Notes under the pieces: model-generated
The model's input: only the letters and a program-made list of their open reading frames with translations
Databases searched by the model: none
What the model was told of the DNA's origin: nothing
Part shown: positions 39,301-54,300 of the stretch, in pieces
Numbering within the stretch: the first letter of the stretch is position 1
How the letters are laid out: every line of letters begins with the position of its first letter
Program-made: the position numbers and the translations under genes
Assembly (NCBI RefSeq): GCF_001194135.2
Contig: NC_069002.1
Coordinates: 34,309,974-34,373,973, forward strand
Direction of reading: 5' to 3'
Length of the DNA: 64,000 bases
Origin: Octopus bimaculoides
Lineage: Eukaryota

Positions 39301-42300
39301 AACAAACGAACGAACGAACGACCGTACGTACTTTCGTACCTATGAATGAACGAAAGAACGAAAGAAAGAACGTACTTCCGAATGAGCGAACGAACGCACG
39401 TACATATGTACGTACGTAATTACGTACGAGCGAAAGAAAGAACGAACGATTGAACGAACAAAAGAACGAATGAATAGGCGTACGTACGAACTAACGAACA
39501 AACGTACTTACGTACGTACGAATGCACAATGAACGAACGAACGTACGCACGTACGTAAGTACGAACGAATGAACGAACGAAAGAACGAACGTACGAACGA
39601 ATGACCGACTGAACGAACGAACGAACGAACTTTCATACGTACGAACGAAAGAATGAACGTACGAATGAATGAACGATCCAACGAACGAACGTATGAACGT
39701 ATGTNNNNNNNNNNNNNNNNNNNNNNNNNNNNNNNNNNNNNNNNNNNNNNNNNNNNNNNNNNNNNNNNNNNNNNNNNNNNNNNNNNNNNNNNNNNNNNNN
39801 NNNNAACGAACGAAAGAATGAACGAAAGAAGATACGTACGTACGTACAAACGTACGTGCTTTCGTACGACCGAACGTATGTACGAACGACCGAACGATCG
39901 AAGGAAGGAACGAACGAAAGGACGGACGTACGCAAGTATACACGTACGAACGAACGATCTAACGTCCGTACGCACATATGAACGAACGAGCGAATGCACT
40001 GGCGAACGAACGAACTTCCGTACGCAGATAAATGCGTATGAACGGACGAGCGAGCGAACGAATGTACGTACATACGAATGAACATACGAACGTACATACG
40101 TACTTACGAACCAACGAACTAACCAAAGACTGAGCCAACGAAACAACGAACGGACGAAAGAAAAAACGTACTTACGTACGTAGAAACGAACGAACGTATA
40201 TACGTACGTACGTACGTATGTATGTGCGAACGATTTATCGAACGAACGTCCGAACGTACTTTCGTACGTACTTTCGTACGTATGAACGGAAGATCGAACG
40301 TTCGAACGTACGTACGATCCAACAAACGAACGAAAGAACGAACGAGTGAAACAACGAATGTACGTACATACTTACGAGTGAAGGAACTCACGAACGAACG
40401 TACGTATGTACAAAGGAACGAACAAACGTGCCTATGTACGTAAGTAAGTAGGTACGAACGAAAGAACGATCGTACGACCTTATCTTCGTACGAACGAAAG
40501 AAGGAACGAACGAATAAACGAACAAAAGAACGAACGAATGAAAGTGAGTACGTACGAATGTACAAACGAACGTACGTATGTACGAATGCACAATGAACGA
40601 ACAAACGAAGGTACGGACGTACGCACGCACGTACGTAAGTAGGAACGAATGAACGAACCACCGAAAGAACAACCGAACGAAAGAACGAACGAAAGAAAGA
40701 ACGTATTTCCGTACGAACGAACTTACGAACAAACGTACGTATTTACGAACGAACGAACGTACGTATGTACGAACGAACGTACGTACGTACATAAGTACGT
40801 ACGAACGAACGTACGAACGTATGTACGTACGAATGATAGAAGGAACGAATGATTGAACGAAAAAAAGAACGAACGAACGAACGATTGAACGAAGGAACGT
40901 ACATACGTACGTACGTACGTATGTAAGTACATATGTTTCTTTCGTCCGTTCGTTCGTTGGTTCATTCTTTAGTTAGTTCGTTCGCTTGTACTTACGTACG
41001 TATGTACGTTCGTATGTTCATTCGTATGTACGTACTTAGGTACCTATTCACCTACGTACGTACATTCGTTCCTCCGCTCGTTCTTTCATACGCACTTATC
41101 TACGTGCGTACGTTTGTTCGTTCGCTAGTTGATTTGGTCGTATGTACAGACGTACGTACATACTAACGTACGTTCGTCCTCTCGTTCGTTCCTTCGATCG
41201 TTTGGTCGAATGAAAGTGCGAACGTACGTAAGTGCGAATGCACAATGAACGAACAAACGAACGTACGTACGTACGCACGTGCGTAATATGAACAAATGAA
41301 CGAACGTACTTTCGTACGTACGAACGAAAGAACGAACGTATGTACGAACGAACGAAAGAACGTACTTCCGAATGAACGAACTTACGAACGAACGTACGTA
41401 CATACGTACGTATTTACGAACGAACGAACGTACATACGTACGTAAGTACGTACGAACGAACCAACCAACGATCGAACGAACGTACGAACGTATGTACGTA
41501 CGAACGTATGTACGTACGAACGAATGAATGAANNNNNNNNNNNNNNNNNNNNNNNNNNNNNNNNNNNNNNNNNNNNNNNNNNNNNNNNNNNNNNNNNNNN
41601 NNNNNNNNNNNNNNNNNNNNNNNNNNNNNNNNNNNNNNNNNNNNNNNNNNNNNNNNNNNNNNNNNNNNNNNNNNNNNNNNNNNNNNNNNNNNNNNNNNNN
41701 NNNNNNNNNNNNNNNNNNNNNNNNNNNNNNNNNNNNNNNNNNNNNNNNNNNNNNNNNNNNNNNNNNNNNNNNNNNNNNNNNNNNNNNNNNNNNNNNNNNN
41801 NNNNNNNNNNNNNNNNNNGACGGACGAAGGAATGAACGAACGAATGAACGTATGCATGAACGAATGAATGAACGATTGAACGAACGAACGTACGTACGTA
41901 CGAACGAACAATCGTACAAATGAACGTAAGAACGAACATACGTACGGACGTATGTACATACGTATTACGAATGAACGTACGTACGAACGAACGAACGGAC
42001 GGACGAAGGAATGAACGAACGAATGAACGTATGCATGAACGAATGATTGAACGAACAAACGTACGTACGTACGAACGTACGAAGGAACAACCAACGATAA
42101 AACTAACGAAGAAACGAAGTACGATAATAGGTACCTAAGTAACTACATACGAATGAACATACGAACGTACATACGTACGTAAGTACAGACGAACGAACTG
42201 ACTAAAGAATGAACCAACGAAAGAAAGAAACATATGTACTTAAGTACGGACTTACGAACGAACGTACCAACGAAGGTACGAACGAACGTATGTACGTACG

Positions 42301-45300
42301 TTTAACGAAAGAACGTACGTACATACGATCGAACGAACGAACGGACGAACGAATGATCGAACGAACAAACGTACGTTCGTTCGTAATTACGGACGTAAGT
42401 ACGTATGTTTCTTTCGTCCGTTCTTTCTTTGGCTCATTCTTTAGTTAGTTCGTTCGTTCGTTCGTTCGATCGTTGGTTCGTTCGATCGTTCGTTCGATTG
42501 TTCGTACGTACTTACGTACTTACATACGTACGTTCGTTCTTTCGTTCGTACCTACGAAAGTACTTTCGGTCGATCGTTCGGTCGTTCGTTCATTCGGTTA
42601 TTCGTACGTACGTTCGTTCATTGTGCATTCGTACGTACGTAAGTACGTTTGTTCGTTACTTCGTGTATACGTATATTCATTCGTTCTTTTGTTCGTTCTT
42701 TCTTTCGTTCGCACCTAATTACGCACGTACATAGGTACGTGCGTTCGTAAGTTCGTTCGTTCAATCGGAAGTAAGTTCTTTCTTTCGTCCTCTCGTTCGT
42801 TCCTTCGATCGTTCGGTCGTACGTACGTACGTGCGAATGCACAATGAACGAACAAACGAACGTACATACGTACGCACGTGCGTAATAGGAACAAATGAAC
42901 GAACGAACGGACGAACGAATGATCGAACGAACAAACGTACGTTCGTACGGACGTAAGAACGTATGTTTCTTTCGTCCGTCCTTTCGTTAGTTCTTTCGTT
43001 GGTTCATTCTTTAGTTAGTTCGTTCGTTCGTTTGTTTGTAATTACGTTCATGTGTTCATTCGTATGTACGTACTTAGGTACCTAATCACGTACATACGTA
43101 CGTACGTACGTACGTACGTACGTACGTACATTCGTTCGTTCGTTCGTTCTTTCATACGCACTTATCTACGTGCGTACGTTCGTTCGTTCGTTCGTTCGTT
43201 CGTACGTACGTACGTTTGTTCGTACAATCGTTCATTCATTCGTTCGTTCTTTTGTTCGTTCATTCTTTCGTTCGTACGTTCGTTCGATCGTTGGTTCGTT
43301 CGATCGTTCGTTCGATTGTTCGTACGTACTTACGTAATTACATACGTACGTTCGTTCTTTCGTTCGTACCTACGAAAGTACTTTCGGTCGATCGTTCGGT
43401 CGTTCGTTCATTCGGTCATTCGTACGTACGTTCGTTCTTTCGTTCATTCTTTGTGCATTCGTACGTACGTAAGTACGTTTGTTCGTTATTTCGTGCGTAC
43501 GTATATTCATTCGTTCTTTTCTTCGTTCTTTCTTTCGTTCGCACCTAATTACGCACGTACATAGTTACGTGCATTCGTAATTTCGTTCGTTCAATCGGAA
43601 GTAAGTTCTTTCTTTCGTTCATTCATACGTACGTACGTTCGTTCTTTCGTTCGTACATACGAAAGTACGTTCGGTCGTTTATTCGTTCATTCGATCGAAC
43701 ATACGTACGTTTTTCGTAATACGTACGTACATACGATCGTTCGTACGTTCGTTCGAACATACGTAAGTACGTACGTAAGTACATATGTTTCTTTCGTCCG
43801 TTCGTTCGTTGGTTCATTCTTTAGTTAGTTCGTTCGCTTGTACTTACGTACGTATGTACGTTCGTATGTTCATTCGTATGTACGTACTTAGGTACGTATT
43901 CACCTACGTACCTACATTCGTTCCTTCGCTCGTTCTTTCAAACGCACTTATCTACGTGCGTACGTTTGTTCGTTCGCTAGTTCATTCGGTCGTTTGTTCG
44001 TTCGTATGTACAGACGTACGTACATACTAACGTACGTTCGTCATCTAGTTCGTTCCGTCGATCGTTCGGTCGAATGAAAGTGCGAACGTACGTAAGTGCG
44101 AATGCACAATGAACAAACAAACGAACGTACGTACGTACGCACGTGCGTAATAGGAACAAATGAACGAACGTACTTTCGTACGTACGAACGAAAGAACGAA
44201 CGTACGTACGAACGAACGAAAGAACGTACTTCCGAATCAACGAAATTACGAACGAACGTACGTACATACGTACGTATTTACGAACGAACGAACGAACGTA
44301 CATACGTACGTAAGTACGTACGAACGAACCAACCAACGATCGAACGAACGTACGAACGTATGTACGTACGAACGAATGAATGAACGAACAAAAGAACGAA
44401 CGAACGAATGAATGAACAATTGAACGAACGAACGTACGTACGTACGAACGAATAATCGTACGTACATTCGTACAAATGAACGTAAGAACGAACATACGTA
44501 CGGACGTATGTACATACGTATTACGAATGAACGTACGTACGAACGAACGAACGAAGGAATGAACGAACGAATGAACGTATGCATGAACGAATGATTGAAC
44601 GAACAAACGTACGTACGTACGAACGTACCAAGGAACAACCAACGATAAAACTAACGAAGAAACGAAGTACGTGAATAGGTACCTAAGTAAGTACATACGA
44701 ATGAACATACGAACGTACATACGTACGTAAGTACAGACGAACGAACTAACTAAAGAATGAACCAACGAAAGAAAGAATCATATGTACTTACGTACGTACT
44801 TACGAACGAACGTACCAACGAACGTACGAACGAACGTATGTACGTACGTTTTACGAAAGAACGTACGTACGTACGTACGATCGAACGAACGAATGATCGA
44901 ACGAACAAACGTACGTATGTACGTAGCAACGAATGAACGAACAAACGAACGAACGAACGACCGTACGTACTTTCGTATGTACGAACGATAGAACGAACCT
45001 ACCTATGAATGAACGAAAGAACGAAAGAAAGAACGTACTTCCGAATGAACGAACGAACGCACGTACATATGTACGTACGTAATTAGGTACGAGCGAAAGA
45101 AAGAACGAACGATTGAACGAACAAAAGAACGAGTGAATAGGCGTACGTACGAACTAACGAACAAACGTACTTGCGTACGTACGAATGCACAATGAACGAA
45201 AGAACGTACGCACGTACGTAAGTACGAACGAATGAACGAACGAAAGAACGAATGTACGAACGAATGACCGACTGAACGAACAAACGAACGAACTTTCCTA

Positions 45301-48300
45301 CGTACGAACGAAAGAACGAACGTACGAATGAATGAACGATCCAACGAACGAACGTATGAACGTATGTACATACGAATGAATAAATGAACGAACAAAAGAA
45401 CGAACAAACGAATGAACGTACGTACGAACGAACGATCGGACGAAGGAATGAACGTACGTATGTAGGAACGGACGAAAGAATGAACGAAAGAAGATACGTA
45501 CGTACGTACGAACGTACAAACGTACGTGCTTTCGTACGACCGAATGTATGTACTTACGTATTACGAAAGAACGTACGAACGAACGAACGAACGGTCGAAC
45601 GAACAAAGGTACGTTTGTACGTAGGAAGGAAGGAACGAAAGAACTAACGAAAAAACGAGTAAACGAAAAATCTGTCGATGGAATGAACGAACGTATGTAC
45701 GTACATACGTATGTACGTACGTACGAACGTACGTACGTACGAACGTACGTACGTACGTACGTACGTAAGAACGAGTGAATGAACGAACGTACGTTTGTGC
45801 GTACGTTCATATGTACTGATGAACGAACGAACGTACGTTTGTGCGTACGTTCATATGTACTGATGAACGAACGAACGTATGTACGTACGTATGGACGAAC
45901 GTATGTACGAACGTATGTACGTACGTATGTACGAACGACCGAAGGAAGGAACGAACGAAAGGACGGATGTACGCAAGTATACACGTACGAACGAACGATC
46001 TAACGTCCGTACGCACATATGAACGAACGGGCGAATGCACTAGCGAACGAACGAACTTCCGTACGCAGATAAATGCGTATGAACGGACGAGCGAGCGAAC
46101 GAATGTACGTACATACGAATGAACATACGAACGTACATACTTACTTACGAAAGAACGAACTAACCAAAGACTGAGCCAACAAAAGAACGTACGGACGGAA
46201 GAAAAAACGTACTTACGTACGTACTTACGAATGAATTAACGTACGTATATACGGACGTATGTACGAATGAACGAACGAACGTATATACGTACGTAGTACG
46301 TATGTATGTGCGAACGATTTATCGAACGAACGACCGAACGTGCCTATGTACGTAAGTAAGTAGGTACGAACGAAAGAACGATCGTACGACCATATCTTCG
46401 TACGAACGAAAGAAAGAACGAACGAATGAACGAACAAAAGAACGAACGAATGAAAGTGCGTACGTACGATGTGCAAACGAACGTACGTACGTACGAATGC
46501 ACAATGAACGAACAAACGAACGTACGTACGTACGCATGCACGTACGTAAGTAGGAACGAATGAACCAACCACCGAATGAACAACCGAACGAAAGAACGAG
46601 CGAAAGAAAGAACGTATTTCCGTACGAACGAACTTACGAACAAACGTACGTATTTACGAACGAACGAAGGTACGTATGTACGAATGTACGTAAGTACATA
46701 AGTACGTACGAACGAACGTACGAACGTACGTACGTACGAATGATAGAAGGAACGAATGATGATTGAACGAAAAAAAGAACGAACGAACGAACGATTGAAC
46801 GAAGGAACGTACATACGTACGTACGAACATACGACCGAACGAGCGAATATACGTACGTATGTACGTGATTAGGTACCTAAGTACATACACACGAATGAAC
46901 ATACGGACGTAAATACGAACGAACGAACTAACTAAAGAATGAACCAATGAAAGAACTAACGAAAGAACGGACGAAAGAAACATGTACTTACGTCCGTAAT
47001 TACGAACGAATGAACGTATGTACGTACGTATTACGAAAGAACGTAAGTACGATCGAAGAAACGAACGGACGAACGAATGATCGAACGAACAAACACACGT
47101 TCGTTCGTACGTTCGTTCGTTCGTAAGTACGGACGTAGTACGTATGTTTCTTTCGTCCGTTCTTTCGTTAGTTCTTTCGTTGGTTCATTCTTTAGTTAGT
47201 TCGTTCGTTCGTTCGTTCGTTTGTAATTACGTTCATGTGTTCATTCGTATGTACGTACTTAGGTACCTAATCACGTATATACGTACGTACGTACGTACGT
47301 ACATTCGTTCGTTCGTTCTTTCATACGCACTTATCTACGTGCGTACGTTCGTTCGTTCGTTAGCTCATTCGTTCGTTCGTTGGTTTGTTAGTACGTACGT
47401 ACGTTTGTTCGTACAATCGTTCATTCATTCGTTTGTTCATTCTTTCGTTCGTACGTTCGTTCGATCGTTCGTTCGATTGTTCGTACGTACTTACGTACTT
47501 ACATACGTACGTTCGTTCTTTCTTTCGTACCTACGAAAGTACTTTCGGTCGATCGTTCGGTCGTTCGTTCATTCGTCATTCGTACGTACGTTCGTTCTTT
47601 CGTTCGTTCATTGTGGATTCGTACGTACGTAAGTACGTTTCTTCGTTAGTTCGTGCGTACGTATATTCATTCGTTCTTTTGTTCCTTCTTTCTTTCGTTC
47701 GCAACTAATTACGCACGTACATAGGTACGTGCGTTCGTAAGTTCGTTCGTTCAATCGGAAGTAAGTTCTTTCTTTCGTCCTCTCGTTCGTTCCTTCGATC
47801 GTTCGGTCGTACGTACGAATGAAAGTACGAACGTACGTACATGCGAATGCACAATGAACGAACAAACGAACGTACGTACGTACGCACGTGCGTAATAGGA
47901 ACAAATGAACGAACTTACTTTCGTACGTACGAACGAAAGAACGAACGTATGTACGAACGAACGAAAGAACGTACTTCCGAATGAAAGAACTTACGAACGA
48001 ACGTACGTACATACGTACGTATTTACGAACGAACGAACGTACGTACGTAAGTACGTACGAACAAACCAACCAACGATCGAACGAACTTACGAACGTATGT
48101 ACGTACGAACGAATGAATGAACGAACAAAAGAACGAACGAATGAATGAACGATTGAACGAACGAACGTACGTACGTACGAACGATCAATCGTACGTACAT
48201 TCGTACAAATGAACGTAAGAACGAACATACGTACGGACGTATGTACATACGTATTACGAAAGAACGTACGAACGTACGAACGAATGACCGACTGAACGAA

Positions 48301-51300
48301 CGAACGAACGAACGAACTTTCGTACGTACGAACGAAAGAACGAACGTACGAATGAATGAACGAATGAATGAACGATCCAACGAACGAACGTATGAACGTA
48401 TGTACATACGAATGAACAAAAGAACGAACAAACGAATGAACGTACGTACGAAAGAACGAACGGACGTAGGAATGAACGTACGTATGTAGGAACGAACGAA
48501 AGAATGAACGATTGAACGAAAGAAGATACGTACGTACGTACGAACGTACACACGTACGTGCTTTCGTACGAACGAACGTATGTACGTACGTATTACGAAA
48601 GAACGTACGTACGAACGAACGAACGGACGAAGGAATGAACGTACGTATGTAGGAACGAACGAAAGAATGAACGAAAGATACGTACGTACGTACGAACGTA
48701 CAAACGTACGTGCTTTCGTACGACCGAACGTATGTACTTACGTATTACGAAAGAACGTTCGAACGAACGAACGAACGGTCGAACGAATAAAGGTACGTAT
48801 GTACGTAGGAAAGAAGGAACGAAAGAACTAAAGAAAAAACAAGTAAACGAAAAATCTGTCGATGGAATGAACGAACGTATGTACATACATACGTATGTAC
48901 GTACGTACGAACGTACGTACGTACGTGTGTACGTAAGAACGAGCGAATGAACGAACGTACGTTTGTGCGTACGTTCATATGTACTGATGAACGAACGAAC
49001 GAACGTATGTACGTACGTATGGACGAACGTATGTACGTACGTATGTACGAACGACCGAAGGAAGGAACGAACGAAAGGACGGACGTACGCAAGTATACAC
49101 GTACGAACGAACGATCTAACGTCCGTACGCACATATGAACAAACGAGCGAATGCACTAGCGAACGAACGATCTTCCGTACGCAGATAAATGCGTATGAAC
49201 GGACGAGCGAGCGAACGAATATATGTACATACGAATGAACATACGAACGTACATACGTACTTACGAACGAACGAACTAACCAAAGACTGAGCCAACGAAA
49301 GAAAGAACGGACGAAAGAAAAAACGTACTTACGTACGTACTTACGAATGAACTAACGCACGTATATACGGACGTATGTACGAATGAACGAACGAACGTAT
49401 ATACGTACGTATGTATGTGCGAACGATTTATCGAACGAACGACCGAACGTACTTTCGTACGTATGAACGGAGGATCGAACGTTCGAACGTACGTACGATC
49501 CAACAAACGAACGAAAGAACGAACGAGTGAAACAACGAATGTACGTACGTATTTACGAGCGAAGGAACTCACAAACGAACGTACGTATGTACAAAGGAAC
49601 GAACGAACGTGCCTATGTACGTAAGTAAGTAGGTACGAACGAAAAAACGATCGTACGACCATATCTTCGTACGAACGAAAGAAAGAACGAACGAATGAAC
49701 GAACAAAAGAACGAACGAATGAAAGTGCGTACGTACGAACGTACAAACGAACGTACGTACGTACGAACGTACAAACGAACGTACGTACGTACGAATGCAC
49801 AATGAACGAACAAACGAACGTACGTACGTACGCACGCACGTACGTAAGTAGGAACGAATGAACGAACCACCGAAAGAACAACCTAACGAAAGAACGAACG
49901 AAAGAAAGAACGTATTTCCGTACGAACGAACTTACGAACAAACGTACGTATTTACGAACGAACGAAGGTACGTATGTACGAACGTACGTACGTACATAAG
50001 TACGTACGAACGAACGTACGAACGTATGTACGTACGAATGATAGAAGGAACGAATGATGATTGAACGAAAAAAAGAACGAACGAACGAACGATTGAACGA
50101 AGGAACGTACATACGTACGTACGATCATACGACCGAACGAACGAATATACGTACGTATGTACGTGATTAGGTACCTAAGTACGTACACACGAATGAACAT
50201 ACGGACGTAAGTACGAACGAACGAACTAACTAAAGAATGAACCAACGAAAGAACTAACGAAAGAACGGACGAAAGAAACATGTACTTACGTCCGTAATTA
50301 CGAACGAATGAACGTATGTACGTACGTATTACGAAAGAACGTACGTACGATCGAACGAACGAACGGACGAACGAATGATCGAACGAACAAACGAACGTTC
50401 GTTCGTACGTTCGTTCGTTCGTAAGTACTGACGTAAGTATGTATGTTTCTTTCGTCCGTTCTTTCGTTGGTTCATTCTTTAGTTAGTTCGTTCGTTCGTT
50501 CATTCGTTTGTAATTACGTTCATGTGTTCATTCGTAACTACGTACTTAGGTACCTAATCACGTACATACGTACGTACGTACATTCGTTCGTTCGTTCTTT
50601 CATACGCACTTATCTACGTGCGTACGTTCGTTCGTTCGCTAGTTCATTCGTTCGTTCGTTCATTGTGCATTCGTACGTACGTAAGTACGTTTCTTCGTTA
50701 GTTCGTGCGTACGTATATTCATTCGTTCTTTTGTTCGTTCGCAACTAATTACGGACGTACATAGGTACGTGCGTTCATAAGTTCGTTCGTTCAATCGGAA
50801 GTAAGTTCTTTCTTTCGTCCTCTCGTTCGTTCCTTCGATCGTTCGGTCGTACGTACGAATGAAAGTGCGAACGTACGTACGTGCGAATGCACAATGAACG
50901 AACAAACGAACGTACGTACGTACGCACGTACGTAATAGGAACAAATGAACGAACTTACTTTCGTACGTACCAACGAATGAACGAACGTATGTACGAACGA
51001 ACGAAAGAACGTACTTCCGAATGAACGAACTTACGAACGAACGTACGTACGAACGAACGTACGTACGTAAGTACGTACGAACGAACCAAACAACGAACTT
51101 ACGAACGTATGTACGTACGAACGAATGAATGAACGAACAAAAGAACGAACGAACGAATGAATGAACGATTGAACGAACGAACGTCCGTACGTACGAACGA
51201 ACAATCGTACGTACATTCGTACAAATGAACGTAAGAACGAACATACGTACGGACGTATGTACATACGTATTAAGAAAGAACGTACGTATGAAAGAACGAA

Positions 51301-54300
51301 CGGACGGACGAAGGAATGAACGAACGAATGAACGAACGAATGAATGTATGCACGAACGAATGATTGAACGAACAAACGTACGTACGTAGGAACAACCAAC
51401 GATAAAACTAACGAAGAAACGAAGTACGTACGTACGTATGTACGTGAATAGGTACCTAAGTAAGTACATACGAATGAACATACGAACGTACATACGTACG
51501 TAAGTACAAACGAACGAACTAACTAAAGAATGAACCAACGAAAGAAAGAAACATATGTACTTACGTACGTACTTACGAACGAACGTACGAACGTATGTAC
51601 GTACGTATTACGAAAGAACGTACGTACGTACGATCGAACAGACGAATGATCGAACGAACAAACGTACTTATGTACGTAGCAACGAATGAACGAACGACCA
51701 TACGTACTTTCGTATGTACGAACGAAAGAACGAACCTACGTATGAATGAACGAATGAACGAAAGAAAGAACGTACTTCCGACTGAACGAACGAACGCACG
51801 TACCTATGTACGTACGTAATTACGTACGAGCGAAAGGAAGAACGAACGATTGAACGAACAAAAGAACAAATGAACAGGCGTACGTACGAACTAACGAACA
51901 AACGTACGTACGAATGCACAATGAACGAAAGAACGTACGCACGTACGTAAGTCCGAACGAATGAACGAACGAAAAAACGAACGTACGGACGAATGACCTA
52001 CTGAACGAACGAACGACCGAACTTTCGTACGTACGAACGAAAGAACGAACGTACGAATGAATGAACGATCCAACGAACGAACGTATGAACGTATGTACAT
52101 ACGTATGAATAAATGAACGAACAAAAGAACGAACAAACGAATGCACGATTGAACGAACGAATGTACGTACGAACGTACTATGTACGTACGTATTACGAAA
52201 GAACGTACGTACGAACGAACGAACGGACGTAGGAATGAACATACGGATGTAGGAACGAACGAAAGAATGAACGATTGAACGAAAGAAGATACATACGTAC
52301 GAACGTACACACGTACGTGCTTGCGTACGAACGAACGTATGTACGTACGTATTAAGAAATAACGTACGTACGAACGAACGAACGGTCGAACGAACAAAGG
52401 TGCGTATGTTTGTAGGAAGGAAGGAAGGAACGAACTAACGAAAGAATGAGTAAACGAAAAATCTATCGATGGAACGAACGTACGTACGTACTTACATACG
52501 TATGTACGTACATACGTATGTACGTACGTACGAACGGCCGAACGAACGTATGTACGTACGTGCGTGCGTAAGAACGAGCGAATGAAAGAACCAAAGAACA
52601 AACGAACGTACGTTTGTGCGAACGTTCATATGTACTGATGAACGAACGAACGAACGTATGTACATACGTATGTACGAACGATCGAAGGAAGGAACGAACG
52701 AAAGAACGAACGTACGCAAGTATACACGTACGAACGAACGATCTTACGTCCGTACGCACATACGAACGAACGAGCGAATGCACTAGCGAACGAACGAACT
52801 AACTAAAGAATGAACCAACGAAAGAACGTAAGAAAAAACGTACTTACGTACGTACTTACGAACGAACCAACGAATGAACTAACGCTCGTATATACGTACG
52901 TAAGTACGAATGAACGAACGAACGGTCGAACAAACGAACGAACATATATACGTACGTAAGTACGTATGTATGTGCGAACGATTTATCGAACGAACGATCG
53001 AACGTACGTACTATCCAACAAACGAACGAAAGAACGAACGAATGTACGTACGTACTTACCAGCGAAGGAACTTACGAACGAACGTACGTATGTACAAAGC
53101 AACGAACGAACGTGCCTATGTACGTAAGTAAGTAGGTACGAACGAAAGAACGATCGAACGAACGTACGAACATATCTTCGTACGAACGAAAGAAAGAACG
53201 AACGAATGAAAGAACAAAAGAATGAAAGAATGAAAGTGCGTACGTACGAACGTACAAACGAACGTACGTACGTACGAATGCACAATGAACGAACAAACGA
53301 ACGTACGTACGTACGAATGAACGAACGAAAGAAAGAAACATAGTACTTCCGAACGCACGAACTTACGAACGAACGTACGTATGTACGAACGAAAGATCGC
53401 ACGAACCAACGAACGTATGTACGTACGAATGAAAGAAGGAACGAATGATTGAACGAAAAATAGAACGAACGACCGAACAATCGACCGAAAGTACTTTCGT
53501 AGGTACGAACGAAAGAACGAACGTACGTATGTCAGTACGTAAGTACGTACGAACAATCGAACGAACGATCGAACGAACCAACGATCGAACGAACGTACGA
53601 ACGAAAGAATGAACGAACAAAAGAACGAACGAATAAATGAACGATTGAACGAACGAACGTACGTACGTACGTACGAACATACGACCGAAAGAACGAACTA
53701 ACTAAAGAATGAACCAACGAAAGAACTAACGAAAGAACGGATGAAAGAAACATATGTACGTACGTCCGTACTTACGAACGAACGAACGGACGAACGAATG
53801 ATCGAACGAACAAACGTACGTTCGTTCGTACGTTCGTTCGTTCGTAAGTACGGACGTAAGTACATATGTTTCCTTCGCCCGTTCTTTCGTTATTTCTTTC
53901 GTTTGTTCATTCTTTAGTTAGTTCGTTCGTTCGTTTGTAATTGCGTTCGTATGTTCTTTCGTATGTACGTACTTAGGTACCTATTCACGTACATACGTAC
54001 GTACGTATGTACATTCGTTCGTTCGTTTGTTCCTTCTTTCATACGCACTTATCTACGTGCGTACGTTCGTTCGTTCGATCGTTCGTTCGTATGTTCGCAC
54101 GTACGTACGTACGTTCGTTCGTTCAATCGTTCATTCATTCGTTCGTACGTACATACGTTCGTACGTTCGTTCGATCGTTGGTTCGATTGTTCGTACGTAC
54201 TTACGTACGAACGAACGAACGTACGTACGTACGTAGTTCGTTCGTTCGGTCGGTCGTTCGTTTGGTCGTTCGTTCATTCGTACGTACGTTCGTTCATTGT